This document shows, one piece after another, positions 41,900-55,855 of a DNA stretch of 64,000 nucleotides. Origin of the DNA: Paramecium tetraurelia (Eukaryota); NCBI GenBank assembly GCA_000165425.1, contig CT868043.1, positions 62,001-126,000 on the forward strand, in the 5' to 3' direction. Position numbers and translations under genes: made by a program. Below the pieces are notes generated by a model. It had not been told where the DNA came from, ran no database searches, and saw only the letters and a list, made by a program, of their open reading frames with translations. Within the stretch, counting starts at the first letter, position 1. Each line of letters begins with the position of its first letter.

Positions 41900-41979
41900 T
41901 TAAAATGATTATATTATTTATTATTATGTTACCCAAAGATTTAAGCAAATATGTATTTGAAATATGTATTCATGTTTGA

Positions 41980-43635
41980 TCAATTTAATTTTTTGAAAGA
42001 ATCTAATTTAGTTTAACTCTTGATCTAATCAATTCTCCCCAAAACACCAAGAGTCACATAATCTTATTTGTTAGACATCCAACCAGCAGTCATAATGGTC
42101 ATTTTGTTGATGTGTTTTAGGACATTCTTAGCCTTCTAATTGTTAACCTTGGTAGTTTAAGATTCACACCCAACTTCATCCATTTGTTAATCTGTTATAT
42201 TATTCATAGTAGTTTATATAGAACCCAGAGGGATATCAGTCGGACTAGTCTGAATACTGCACATTTGAGATTACAATTCATCAATTATCATAATCTATTT
42301 TGACAATTTATCTTGGTAATCCTGATTGATTATATCTATTTCTTTCACCTTGTTGTCTTCCACATCTACCAACTATTATTTCAATTCAGTAATATGGATT
42401 ATCATTTACTCTTGTTCCTCCTTCAACTTTCTGTTTTGATCAGTTGTATCATCAATAACCTTCTTCAATTCTAGGATCTCCTCACTATACTTAACCATGA
42501 GCTAAGTAAGTTAGTCTTAGATGTTCGCATCGTTCTCTAATTGTCGATTCAACCCATCAACTTTCCAATGGTCACTGTCCTTAGAAGAATTTAGGTCATG
42601 TTAACCAACTTCGATGTCACTTTCCTTATTAAAGATCTTATAGAAGTCACTTAACTATTATTGCATGTCAGCAATTATACGTGTCTTTGTATCTAGTATC
42701 TCATCTCTTAATTGTAATTCTATATATATATACAGGGATTAGTACCTTATTCTAAGAAAGTAATTTGATCATCACTATTAAGTTGAGCATTCTTGTTTTT
42801 TTGGTTAGCTGATGTCTGACATCGACTTCTAGTTCTAATATTTTTTATTGGATGTTCATCATCTACAATGGCATTGACTTGATTTTGAGAGTCATCATAT
42901 TGACATCCAAAATCAATTGAAGGAGGCTTCTAATTAATTTATTAATTTTCAGCTGATTATTTGATTTCAGTATTAAATTAACATGAAAAGTCTTGTTTTA
43001 GAGACTATTCCTTTTAGAATTGTAAAGTAAGTTGGATCTACGGACAAATCGTATTCTACTGAGCGCGTTTACTGCTCAATAATTTGATCTCATCGATAAC
43101 AGATATGTTAGATTCATTATGATCTTGAACCAAATCATTCAGACCTTGAAACACCATGTATTATTTCTGGAATTCAGTTTGGCATTCCTAATTAACAAAT
43201 GTACATTGTAGTTTGGATTGCTATAATTATGACATGTATTGAGAGAGTCCCACTCCTGTAAATTATTATTCTTTGTCATCGTTCTCTGTGTTCTCTCTCG
43301 GAAAGCTCATCTTACTTGAATAAGCCGTTTGACTATCGTTTAGTTTTTGCTGTGTTTTCATTATATTAGTATTTTGTATAGACTAAGCTAAGGAACTATT
43401 GTTTTCATCCTGCAATTATTTTCTTTCTAAAATGTTATTCGATAATACATTAGTACTTTTCCAAATACCGCTCCAACTTGTTTTTGCTTGTACTGGATTC
43501 CAGATTGCCTTTAATGGCAGAAGAAGGTTTCTGAGGTATTTTGGAATTCTTTGAATTTTCCTGGAGATGATTGCTTTTTATGAAGACGTCTTGGAGAGTT
43601 CCCAATACATCCTATTTTGAAACATGATATTGCAT
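41980..43635 (-). CDS. Hypothetical coiled-coil protein
   Basis: Open table-6 frame with two tiny introns. Confidence 0.6.
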
Positions 43636-43792
43636 ATTGAAATCACAAATATAAAATTAATATCATAATAATTCTGTAATACATTGAACTTGTATTGAGA
43701 TTATTAAACAAGATTGAAGAATATATAAAAATTAATTCATTCTTTATCGAATTTCAGTATAACTTAATTTAAGATTTATAATCTAATTTATC

Positions 43793-44613
43793 TCACTCAT
43801 AAAATTCATAACTGGGACTGGATTTCCACCTTCCATTCTCCATTTTGGATTTGAACTCTTTAATTCCATCCTTCAAATTTGGGTAGAATATTCATAATTC
43901 AAAATATTACATATTCCATTCCAGGATATCTTTCTCATTTAATCCAAATTATCTCATTCCTAGCATGTCCTCTTCTAGACATGCAACACTTGAAGTTTTT
44001 TCAAAATCTAAGATTTTCTTAAGTTTGTTTGTCCAATGGTTAATTTATATTTATAAACGACTCTCAAAAAAGAGCAAATGAATTTACAAGAAAGATGTAG
44101 TTCTAAGAAAGGAATAAATATATTTCTATCATTTATAATAATGCTCTTTTAATTCCTAAATCTAAATTCGCCTTATCATATCCATTTGTTTCTTGATGAA
44201 AGCCTGTTTCTAAGTATTCTTTTAATTATAAGGTGACTTCAGGAGTTGGAGAAGTTTATTTGATTATGGAAGTCTCCTCTTTGAAGGACTCCGTGCACTG
44301 TTTGGATTTCTCAGTCCCTTTTCAACTTGAATTTAACCAGCCCTAGGACTACCTGGCCTTGTAGATAGAGGAGTCACATACTTAAAACCCTTTTTCACTT
44401 CTGGCAGCGTATCTCTGCTGGGTTTGCTTGTCTCCTAGAATGTAGAGATTCCAATCATACCTGAGTCGAACCTGAGATAAGTGAGGAAACCTTCTCCTGC
44501 TTATCTTCACCATAAAATTGAAGGCTCAATTTCTAATAAAATTGGTCGATTTCATTATCAATATTGTTATCTGGATCAAAGCTATGAAGGGAAAAATGTT
44601 CATCATCTGACAT
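43793..44613 (-). CDS. Hypothetical protein (3' end unresolved)
   Basis: MSDDEHFSLHSFDPD.. frame with intron near 44437-44460; all three frames stop near 43870-43900 unless spliced. Confidence 0.45.
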
Positions 44614-44635
44614 TTTTTGTAAAATAAATTATTAA

Positions 44636-45165
44636 TCACTACTTTAGTTTCTTAGCCTAGTAGTGTGCCTCCTAGTCTATTTGACTTGAAATAGCAGTAC
44701 TGTCTTCAGTTGACTATTTTAATGAATGCAAAATAATGCTTAGGATCTCCAATACCTTGAGTGATTTCAAACTTCCTGAGTTCCTCTCCTTATAAGATCA
44801 TATACTATTTCTCACATAGTTGGAATAAATGCTTTTGAAATCTCTCACTAAAATTCTTCAATCGTTGCATCACTTCTCCAAATTCTACATTTTGATCATA
44901 ATTAATAGTCACTTGGAGTTCGGCATTTAACTAGTAGATATTTTATAAATTCATGAAACTTCTTAAAATTACTCCTTTTTGGTATCCAAAAAAATCAATA
45001 TTTAACAATTGATAAGCTTTTGTGTAGTTTTCAACATTTATGATGAATTTACTTAATTTCACTTTAATTTAAGTTGTTGAGACTTTTAAATGGTTAGTAT
45101 AAATCTTTATTGTATTAAACCAATTCAGAATAAAGTGCTCATATATTTTCTTAAGATTAATACAT
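44636..45165 (-). CDS. Hypothetical protein
   Basis: Coding-like table-6 frame; splicing not resolved. Confidence 0.35.
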
Positions 45166-45617
45166 TTTGTTTTACTTAAATATAAATTTCAAAGATTTAA
45201 CCTCCCTTTTTAGACATCTAATGAGTGGGTAATACAAAGGCTTTTCAAAAATGATATATTTGAAGTTATAGAAGAATCCCATAATTTAATACCTATTTAA
45301 CTTAACTTTTAGATTCATGATATAATTTCATGGAGATATTGACTGATATAAATATTGTATTCAAGACAATGTATCAGAATTTATAGAGAATAGATTATGC
45401 TTAAATATGAAAATAGAATATTAAGACGTGATAGGGTTCTAGTGACAGAAATAGATATATGGTTATTCTATTGTATGTTATTTCTATTTAATTGGGTAGC
45501 CTCAACACTCTGGAAATTAAAACGGTGTGTTTAATGAATATTTTTCATAATTTATTAAATTGATTTAATATTGTAACATTTGAATTTATAATTAAGTTTT
45601 AAAAAATTAATTAAAAA

Positions 45618-48155
45618 TCATATTTTGTCTAAATATTCGTTTAGGTCTGGGAGCTAAACCTTGATTCCCTTTCTCTTTCTTATACTCAGTACCAATTCAT
45701 TAATTTTTGAACCAGGCTCTAGTGGATCACCATTGAGTATAGCCCAATGATCAAACACACACTAAGGGAAGGCTTAACCTTGAGTAAGACCTCTGAGATG
45801 GGCTGTGAATCCGAAAGACTCAGCAACAGGCAAATATGATCTAATCTAAAAATATTAAATTGATATAATTACTAATGATAGAGGTGTTCCTGGAACTTGT
45901 TCTTCTTCAATAATCACTCCTCTTCTTGTATTCAAACAGTTATACACACCACCAGTTGAATCAATAGGCACAGTAATTTCTGCTAAAAAGACGGGTTCTT
46001 AAAGTTTAGGTTATGCTGTCAATTCACAGGCATAGTACAATCTTCTGGCTGTTGGTATAATTTGTCCTCCTCCTCTATGAATGGCATCAGCATGTAAGAC
46101 ACAATCTAGGATATTTACTCTGACTCCCCTTTGGTTCTCTTCACAAAGTGGACCTTCTTTGCTAGACCATTACCAAGCACTTTCCATAGATTCTCTAATT
46201 TCATTCATATACTGAACACCTGATGTTTTTTCCATCAGAATATTTGGACCTGAATTGTCAGGACCGAAAGTCCATATCTTAAGGGCATCATCCTTATCCC
46301 ATTCATATTGTTCTGATAGTATTTTAGCTCTTCCTTTATTATCATCCTTCGCTGTGACTTCTCCTTTCTCGATGGCATTTTGAAGTCCTTCATGAAGTGG
46401 CTCTGCTTAAGCATAGAGTCTGTTGTGACTATTAGGAGATTTGGCCATACATACAATTTTGGATGTAGCTGAAACAGTCTCCTTATAAGATACGATGGGA
46501 TCTGATCTTATGATTTCAATGTTAGCGAAGTCCTTCTCTAAATCATTCAAGCATATCTCTACATGCAATTCTCCACATCCTGCTACCACATGCTATCCTG
46601 ACTCCTCAGTTGTACAAAGCACCAAAGGATCTGATTTAGCTAATCTCTTCAACCCCTCTACTAATTTTGGTAGTTCTCCTGGGTTCTTAGGCTTGACTGC
46701 CACTCTCACTACAGGTGATACTGAATATTTCATTGATCTGATCAAATGACTTTCAGGATTATCTGAGATAGTACCTGTCTTCAATATGACATCATCCACA
46801 CCAACTAGACCAACAGTATTACCACATGGGACATCAGGTATGTATTCTACTTTACTAGCCATCATCAATACTGTTCTTTGGACTACCTTCTCAAACAAGT
46901 CTTCTTTCTTTCCAGGCTTATAATTTGGTCCCATGATTCTCACCTTCTATCCTGTGCCTATGGTGCCTGAAAACACTCGACCAAAGGCAAAGAATCTACT
47001 TCTATCAGAGGTTGGTACCATCTTTGATACATACATAATCAAGGGTCCTTTGGGATTGCACTCTCTCATTGATTAAGCTATGGCATCATCCTAAGGTCCT
47101 TCATAAAGATAAGAGGTTCTGTATTTCTAAGCCTCTCTAGGTGATGGCAGATGACAAATAATCATCTCAATCAAGGTGTCTGCAGCATTAATCCACTTTG
47201 ACATAACAGCTTTCAAGAGATGCTTACCATTCAACTTCTACTCTTCCTATGTAAGTTTCAACCCTAAGACATTGAACATCTTATTAGCTACTTCCATATT
47301 ACCTTCCATGATAGCATTGGCCATCTTACATATGGGATCCATAATGAAGGCAACGAAAGCTCTCTTCAATTACTTTCCTGAAGCTCCTTCACTATCCTTC
47401 CTCCAACATTTGCTCTCATCATCAAAGTAGTTGTCACCCCACAATCTTTCTTGTAGTTTCTTTGGTTCAACCTTGAATTTGGCAGCATATATCATGGCGA
47501 ATTTCGAACATGAAAATGCCCAGCATTCCTTACCTGATCCAAAGGCTACCTACCCAAGTTCTGGTTGTACTTATAGTTCTCCCATGTCCTCTTGTTGATA
47601 GGTGGAAATGATCACGTTCACATTATCAATGACTCTGACAAATTTCTGGTACATAGTCTCACCATCAAGTTTTTGTTCCAGTATTGCTCTATCAATCTTA
47701 TTTATCATCACCACTGGCTTGATCTTCTCTTGCATGGCTTGTCTGAGTACTGTCTCTGTCTGCACACAGACTCCTTCCACACAGTCCACAACTACCAAGG
47801 CTCCGTCAGTCACTCTGAGAGCTGCTGTGACTTCAGAACTAAAGTCTACATGTCCTGGAGAGTCTATCAAATTGATCAAGAACTACTCCTTGACGTTGTT
47901 GTAGTTAATATCAAATTCATAGTACAATGATACTCCTGTAGACTTGATTGTTATCCCTCTTAATTGTTCATCCTCTCTTGTGTCAGTCATTCTCTTGTCT
48001 CCACTCTCTTTGGCTGACAAGATCCCAGCCTTACAGAGCAAAGAATCGGTTAGAGTTGACTTTCCGTGGTCGACATGAGCGATGACTGACATGTTTCTGA
48101 TGTTCTATTGCTTATTCATGATCTCTCTTATTTGATCTACAGTGAAGTTAACCAT
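45618..48155 (-). CDS. EEF2: Eukaryotic translation elongation factor 2 (836 aa)
   Basis: [64 protein letters not shown]; one 27-nt intron at 45846-45872. Confidence 0.98.
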
Positions 48156-48728
48156 TGTTTTTTATTTTTTATTTTAATTATTGAAAATTAAATGATCCTA
48201 AACTGCGCTATTTAAGCCAAAATTTTCTGGTTAATTCCGGTAAAAAGTAAATTCTTTACTAAATTTTTAAATGATGTTATTATAAATTAATAATAATTAC
48301 AATTTTAATAGTCAATATTTTAAATATATATATAGTTAATTAAAATCATTCTAAATGCCATAGTGTTTAACTACTCCTTCCTAAATTATGTTAACTATAA
48401 ATTTTAAACTAAATCGGAAATTCGGAAATTCTTCTCATTATGGAAATTAATCATACTTTTATCTCTTAAATCTAATTAAGAGTTTGCTATATGAAGTAGA
48501 AATAGCAACAACTTCTACCTATATTTCATTAATTATAATAGTCTCTTTTATTATAGCTCTATGTTTCTTGAAGTTCTTGATGTTCTTTGAAAATAATGGT
48601 CTGAACCCCTTTAGATTGTTCTTAACCCTTTTTAATTTATTAATTGGAAACTCTTACTTATATAATTTGTTTAGTTTATGTAAAATACCTTTTCTATTCT
48701 TTAATTTACATTAAATTAAAAATAAAAA

Positions 48729-50200
48729 ATGAAGAAAGCAATCAAACAGAAAGTAAAGATGTTAGGGGCTTTGGAATTGGATCGACAGATTAAACGCAAA
48801 TTGGAATCCACTAATTACTCAATATTATAGAATTTTGATGTATATCAACTCCCATATTGCAGTACTTTCGATCTCTTTTAGGAAGACCTCATAAACACTA
48901 TGCTGATGTTGAGTAATTGAAGAAATTCTTATAGCACATACCATATCTCAAGGAAATCACTGAAGGCATGTCGATGAGATTGGTTGAGAAGATCATACAT
49001 CAATTATCATTAAAATTCCTGCCTGCTAATAGTTAATGTGATTCTCAATTTCAGATAATGTTGAGTGGAGAAATCCAAATAGGCTAAAGAACATTTGTTT
49101 AGACTGACACTCTGAATGAAGTGGGGACAGTTATAAGAGATGCTTGGGTTTTGGTATTAAGTAACGAGGGATACAATGACCTCATTAGAGAATATCATGA
49201 GAATCTGTTGGCTTAGAAGTTACATCTGATTCAACAATATTCAGTATTCAGCAAAATCAGCATTCAGAGGTTGAAAAATCAATTGGATTAATTTAAATAA
49301 GAATAGGCTACCAACAACACAATACTATATTAAGAAAAACAACCAGCCGATTCATTCTATTTAATAGTTTAGGGGGAAATCAAACTGATACAAGAAGATA
49401 TTGAATTATAATTGTTGGGACCTAAATGTGTTTTTGGAGAAATGGAATTGGTCGAGGGAAATGAACTCAGATTACACAAAGCCATTGTTACTCAACATAC
49501 ATCTTACTATAGAATAGGATATCATCAATTAAAAATACTCTTGAATTCAAGTTGCTTATATGAAACATTTTGTTAGAATTATCACATTAAAGCCTAATTT
49601 TGGAAGGCGAGAAAGTAACAATGCAAAAAAGAAGTAATTATACCCATTGACTACTCTGAATTCAAACATGAGATCCCTAAGACATATCATAACTACCTCT
49701 CTGCTTCCAAATTGCTAAAGTATGCAAAATAAAGCACTATTGTTACATAAGATGATCAATAAGAAACAAAAGAGGATAAAGTACTTGAATATTACAAATA
49801 ATTCAATCATCAAATCAAATAAAATTTTAAAAACAACCATTTACTTAGAAAGGTATTAATTTAGGCTAAGTAAACTAATCATGACTTACCCATTATGAAG
49901 GGATTGCAATTAGAAAGATACTTACCCAAGAACCATTTCACTCATAAGAAGTCACTTAAAATTATTAATCAGTTCAATGAAACAAAACAATAAGGATTTG
50001 TATTAGATATAGAATCATATCCAACAACAACTACGTTTGTGAAGGGATCCAGATTATTTAGTGCTGCAACCAGATAACAATCTGCTGCTACCTGTAGGTT
50101 ATAATCAGCAGCACCAAAGTTATTTACAAGTCCTTCGTAATTATAATCTTACAGGCCGATGACAGCAGTTTAAAGATCAAAAACAAATGAAGCTAAATGA
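48729..50200 (+). CDS. Cyclic-nucleotide-binding domain protein
   Basis: YQEKQPADSFYLIVQGEIKL..VFGEMELVEGNELRLHKA, preceded by a degenerate first cNMP domain. Confidence 0.75.
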
Positions 50201-50240
50201 ATAAATCTAAGATTTTATATACTGAAAACACATCATATAA

Positions 50241-50947
50241 TCAATTTTTATGTTTTTTTGTATTAACTTTTGTATTACTAACTTTTTTATTAACAATTTT
50301 AGATTGCTTTTTGATTTTTTTAGATTTGGTTTAATTGGTCTTGGTCTATTTTTGTGGATATTCCTTACTTGGTCTTAATTTGAAATCTAAATTATTGATG
50401 AAATTTACTATTCAATTTGGGAGTGACTTCAAACCCAAAGGATTTACACAATCTCATGGGATTCAATTTCAAGACATCATAATTCTGTTGATCTAATTTA
50501 TGTTGATAAGTCTAGTATAAATTTGATATTGTACATAGACAAAATCTTTGTATGCCTTATCAGCTAGACAATTAAGATTATAGTTGCTAGAAACCAATTT
50601 CATAACTTCCTGAGTTGCGAATTATTCCTATTTATTCTTCTCCAACTTGCTTTCAGTACAATTAGGTATCTTCTCTTCTGGCAGAACAAAGACTAAGCCA
50701 CTCTTCACTTCTGTCAAAGGGGGATCATAGTAAATTTACAATGATTGATTAGCTGGTTGTTAGTACGTCCTGAAATTAGTTTTTATTCCCATTAAGATAA
50801 AGAGCTCTTACAAAAACTATATGTTGTGAATTGACTTACATTGATTTAATTTTCAGAGAAGACTACGACAGTATTGGATTTAATTCTCTTCACGATACTT
50901 ATCAATAGTTAAAGTCTTTCATCTTGCTCCACTAAAATGTAATTCAT
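50241..50947 (-). CDS. Minimal Has1/DDX18-derived protein (~212 aa): RecA2 remnant + DUF4217-like extension + Lys-rich tail
   Basis: MNYILVEQDERLQLLISIVKR..VVVFS..YYDPP..LVFVLPEE..KLVSSNYNL..AYKDFVYTY..RLCKSFGFEVTPKLN; introns 50817-50839, 50512-50534, 50387-50408. Confidence 0.75.
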
Positions 50948-50966
50948 AAATTAAATTATAATTAAA

Positions 50967-51447
50967 ATGTCTCTTATATTGAGTCAAATCAATAAGGATA
51001 ATGTGAAAGTGGGCAAGGGTTGTTGTATAGCTTTGGGAGTGTAAATACTCTCAGAAGTAGGGGAAATCGTCATTGGAGATTACACGATTATAGAGGAAGG
51101 ATGCATCATTAGAAATAATCATTTCAAGAAGATGGTCATAGGTTCTTATAATGTTTTTGAAATTGGATGCAAGGTTGAAAATTCTAATATTGGTGATTGT
51201 AATGTATTTGAAATGAGATGTACTACTATATCTAATCAAAGGTATGATTGAAAGTGGCTGTACAATCGAAAACAATTGTAGATTCGGTATTAATTCAAGA
51301 GTTCCACCCAAACAGAATTTTCCTAACTTCTCTAGGGTGTATTACCCTTTTAATGTCTTAAAAGTGCCACCCTACGATTCATCATAGCATAAAGAAGAAA
51401 TCACAGAATTGTGTGCTGCATTATTTTAGATTGGATCAAAAAAATGA
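50967..51447 (+). CDS. DCTN6: Dynactin subunit 6 (p27), left-handed beta-helix
   Basis: GEIVIGDYTIIEEGCIIRN..MVIGSYNVFEIGCKVENSNIGDCNVFE. Confidence 0.85.
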
Positions 51448-52434
51448 TATTTACATATGTTTACTTAATCAAATTTAAATAAACATATTGTATTTCAAAT
51501 CAACTCAGTAAAACTAAACTTAGATGATCATTTATAACTCTTTTTTTAATTTTGACATTCTCATAAGTGTGCTTGAAAGCTAGAATGAATGCTAATTAAT
51601 TAGAATTATTCGATAATCTTATTAGTATTATTGTTTATTAAATATTATATGCTAAGCACTAAAAATGATTTTATTAGCAATATTAAAATCTTAATCTTTT
51701 TTTATCTTAACTTAATAATTTAACCTCCTATATTATTATTCTAAGTAATCAAGTATTTTTTAGGTTTGAAACTATAATTAATACATTTTATACTTCAAAA
51801 TAAATATATAATTGAAATAATTCTTTTTGGAGTATTTAAAATATATATACAATTTTCATTAGAATTAATAAAAATACTAGCCAAATGTAATTAAAGCTTA
51901 ACCTTTAGAATTATCATCCTATTCGTATCCATAATACTTACACAATTATTTATTTAGGAACACCTTCAATGTTTTGAAACATATGAAACTCTTGAATCTT
52001 GTTTGAAACTATTTTTAATTGTTAAATTAATCAGTTCTTATATTGTTTTTTATCTGGGTTTTATAATTTAACTATACCCTCATGATATTTCAATTGCCTC
52101 TTTTTTTGATGTGAAACATTCGTATAAGTTATAAACACAAATATATTTTCTAGATTTAATTGATATAGCATATATCGTAAATTATCTTTCTTCCATTTTA
52201 AAATTCAACTGATGAAGTCTAATTTATTAAGTAGTACTATTTAGAATATTTCATGTCACCGATATTTAATTGTGATAAATACTAGAAAGAGATCCGTCGT
52301 CAGACTCAAAAATAATTAAGGGTAGGTGTGAAAATATATATTTAAATTTTGTTAGACTTAATCCATATATATCAAAATATCAACATTCTTCTCTGTGTAT
52401 GATTTTCATAATTATATCATCAATATTAGTTATA

Positions 52435-52885
52435 ATGATTAATCGATAATAAGAGATTTCGTTTTAGTCTCTCTTGGAATCAGAGCCATCTATCTAATAG
52501 GTCAGATCTATCTAGATCTAGAGCAGCAAATACAAAACTTAAAGGAAGGTGAGTCAATTTGAGTCTGAAAGTTTGGATAGTGTAAAGAGTGTTTTCAATT
52601 CTGATTACGATCAAAAACCTATCTTCGAATCTTCATCTCGGATGAGCACAGCCAATACAATCCATAAGAAAAATAGAAGGGTGTATGGATTTTAGAATTC
52701 TCAAAATGTCAATTAGAAATTAGCTTAACGAAAAAGAATTCAGTCGTTTCGATTAGATGAAGATGTGTAAAGTTACGAGGAGGAGGAGAGTCTCCCTGAA
52801 AAACTGATGGATGTCGATCTCTACTTTAGACAAGATGCTATTGTTTCAGTCTAAAAAATTCTTGAAACAAAAAGAAAGCTTTCAT
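52435..52885 (+). CDS. Hypothetical protein
   Basis: About 150-codon table-6 ORF with coding-like composition; ends approximate. Confidence 0.5.
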
Positions 52886-53291
52886 GATCCAACTTTTCAC
52901 ATTTATCAATATTATTGTATATAAGTCTTTATGGTTTTCTTGATTCAGAATGCGATAGCATTTGATGGTCATAGGAATTAAAAGCTGATAATTAGAATTT
53001 TGGTATTTTGATACTGAACTCATTATTTGTTGTTTGATATCTCAATTTTTATAAACTCAATTATTTTTATAATAAGAATTTTCCAACATTTAATAGAACA
53101 TTCGTATATATGATGTAACACACTCCCTAGTTCTCTCTTTAGACTAATTTTAACCAAATAAATGCCAATTAACTAAGTAGCATTTCATAAATCACTTATC
53201 TGATTATAAATTAAATAATTTAAATTTAAGTTAATATGTTAATAACACTTTACAACTAAAATATTTGATCACAAATCAATATAAGTATAAA

Positions 53292-55112
53292 TCAATCAAA
53301 TTTAGTTTATTCACAAAAATGGTTATATTTCTAAGCATGATATTGTTTCTACTATTAAACTTTGCAATTGATGCCATAGTAACAATCTTCTCTCATGAAT
53401 ATGGGTTCATCATACTTCATGCATTGAACATATTTAAATATAATGAAATTGATTAACTTCCTATGACATAACCAGCATATTGGCTAAATAGATATATATA
53501 AATAATTACTGAGTTTGGAGATATTTTCACACTAATTTCTTATAATGGATTATTAAAAGTAGCTTTGTTTTATTCAAAATAGAAATAGCCTTTGCTTATG
53601 TAATTTTCCATCATAAAGTTAAATATTGTAGTCTAAGGTCTTCCTCCAAGATGTTAGATTAATCTCTTATATTCAGCGGAGTTTACATATTGATACGGAA
53701 TTACCATTTGATGCTATATATTTTTGACTAGCATAAATTTTTAAAGTGCAGCATTATTGCAGTCTCCATAATAAAATGCACAATGATATGCTTTACATAT
53801 ACAACATTACATCTGCAACACTTCATTGTCTGCCTCACCTAAATGTATTAATAATATACTTACTAGGATCTAATTTTGGCATTAACCTGGCACAGGAAGC
53901 ACAACCTACATGTTATTGTAGGGGAGGACATTAAAAGTTCTTCCAAGTTTGTCCATTACAACTCTTGCATACTTTGTTTGGTTGCATGAATTATTGTTAA
54001 AATACATTCTATCCAAAACCTAGTTGGAAATTATTTTGATGAAAAAAGGGTGGCAATGCTTGGAAAGCATGATTATTTTGATGGTATTACAAAGGAAAAA
54101 GCTATTATTATTAAAATTATTAGTTCTATCTATTATCATCAAAGTTTTCATCATTACTTAAATACTCATCGTCCTCCTCATCATGAGAATAGTGTTCACC
54201 TTCCTCATCCTCATCCTCATCACTATTCAATTCCTATTAATTCTATATATTTTAGAGCAATTAGACTTTCTTCTCCTATTTATCGTAATTTAATTAGGCA
54301 TTTAAATTGATATATTACTCGGGATTTTTATAAATGAGATTTTCCTCTTTCATCTTATTCAATAGCTATTCAGTCCTTTTTTCATGGGGATTAATCTTTA
54401 ACCATTTCTCAACGAGATTGTTGATGGTTCTTGCCTACATTACTCCAGTTAGTTTAGCTCTGCAATTTGGACATTCGTATGTTTACTTTTTGAACCAATT
54501 AGATAAGCAAGAACCGCAGAAATGGTGATTACAAGGGTTTGCTGCAACAGCCTCAAACAAGTAATCATTGCAGATTGTACATTGTAATTCATCTTCTAAA
54601 CCATCAATTTTTGGGACATGAATGGGTGATTGTTCTTTCCTTTTGGGTGGTTCATTAATAATTTCTGTGTCAACTATATTTTCAACTAATTTTGTGTCCA
54701 ATAATTTCTCATTTTATACTTCTCTTTTTCCATCAGAAATTTATCGGTCTATTGATTCGATTGATATTTTGGAAGCCTGTTACTCATTGTTTGAGCACAC
54801 AAAAAATTCAAAACCAATCACTTCATAGTCCTTAACCTTCTAAATGGGTAACAAATGAATCTTATCTCCATTTAAAATAGATACTGTGTTTCCTTTACCA
54901 ATCTTTTTTTCATTGATATATGTTCCATTGCTAGATAAATCCGTCACCGTAAATTGGGAATCCTTGTATTCAATTGTCAAATGGATAGAACTTACCTTGA
55001 TATCCGAAAACACTTTGTCATTCTTCTAATCTCTTCCTAATGTAAATATAGGTTTCGATATTTCAATCGATGGCGATGTACTAGGATTAAGAGAGAGTAG
55101 CTTTGCAAACAT
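53292..55112 (-). CDS. CHFR: CHFR-like E3 ligase (FHA + RING + Cys-rich + PBZ)
   Basis: FHA (TLGR..VSSIH..DLSSNGTYIN), RING CTICNDY..PCNHHFCGSC..CPNCR, terminal REDCYYGINC..HAQKYNHFCEQTKF. Confidence 0.88.
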
Positions 55113-55855
55113 ATCTAGAATAATTTAATTATAAACTATGAGGCATTAATAAATCAATTTGAAAATAGTCTTTCTAAACTTTAAAATCCTAATAAATCAC
55201 AATAACTTCCCTCAATTCTTATAGGTTTCAATTTAATAAACTAGGAATTGCTGGATTGTTAATAAGAAAATTTAAACTTTGTTTTTCAATTCCATCTCTT
55301 TCTCATTGTTTCTAGCTCAAAAAATTAATCGATTTAAATCTTATACTATATATATTTACTCTTTAATTTAAGGATTCAATCTGAATTTATAAACAATCAT
55401 TTAGGATTATTCAATTATGGAATAGGAAATGTTTCCAAATCATCTTAAATGTACTAGTATAAAAGTAATTAGAGAATTAATTAAATATTGTCAATCCTCA
55501 CAAATTAAGATGTTTTATTTTCTTAGAATTATGCAATAATAAATAAATTGCCAATTAAGAAGTTATATTCAATTTGATTAAGAAATTGGATGAGATGAAT
55601 TATAAGTTTACTTAGATTTGTTAACAAATACACTTGCTTTAGAGACTAAATGTATTTTCAAAATCATAAGTTAAAAATGAATTTAATTATAATGATAGAA
55701 TATTTTGTTTAAATTTAATCTTTTGAAATAGCCAATTAATAGTAGTTATCCATGTAACATTATTAAGATCTTACAAATACCAAAAGACCTTTCATTTAGT
55801 ATAGGCGATTATTAAAATATATTATATTGAGTAGTAATTTAAATAAACTAATATA

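Noticed and set aside
1530..50947. Operon-like clustering of translation and ribosome genes (DRG1, EF2 paralog, NOL10, RPS5, eEF2, mini-Has1)
   Set aside because: Scattered over 50 kb among unrelated genes on both strands; cannot be distinguished from chance without a genome-wide test
51450..52430. Long AT-rich gap as IES or transposon remnant
   Set aside because: No terminal inverted repeats or transposase motif seen; IESs cannot be called without the germline sequence
54160..54230. TCATCC/TCA-type microsatellite
   Set aside because: It encodes the Asp/Glu linker of CHFR on the minus strand
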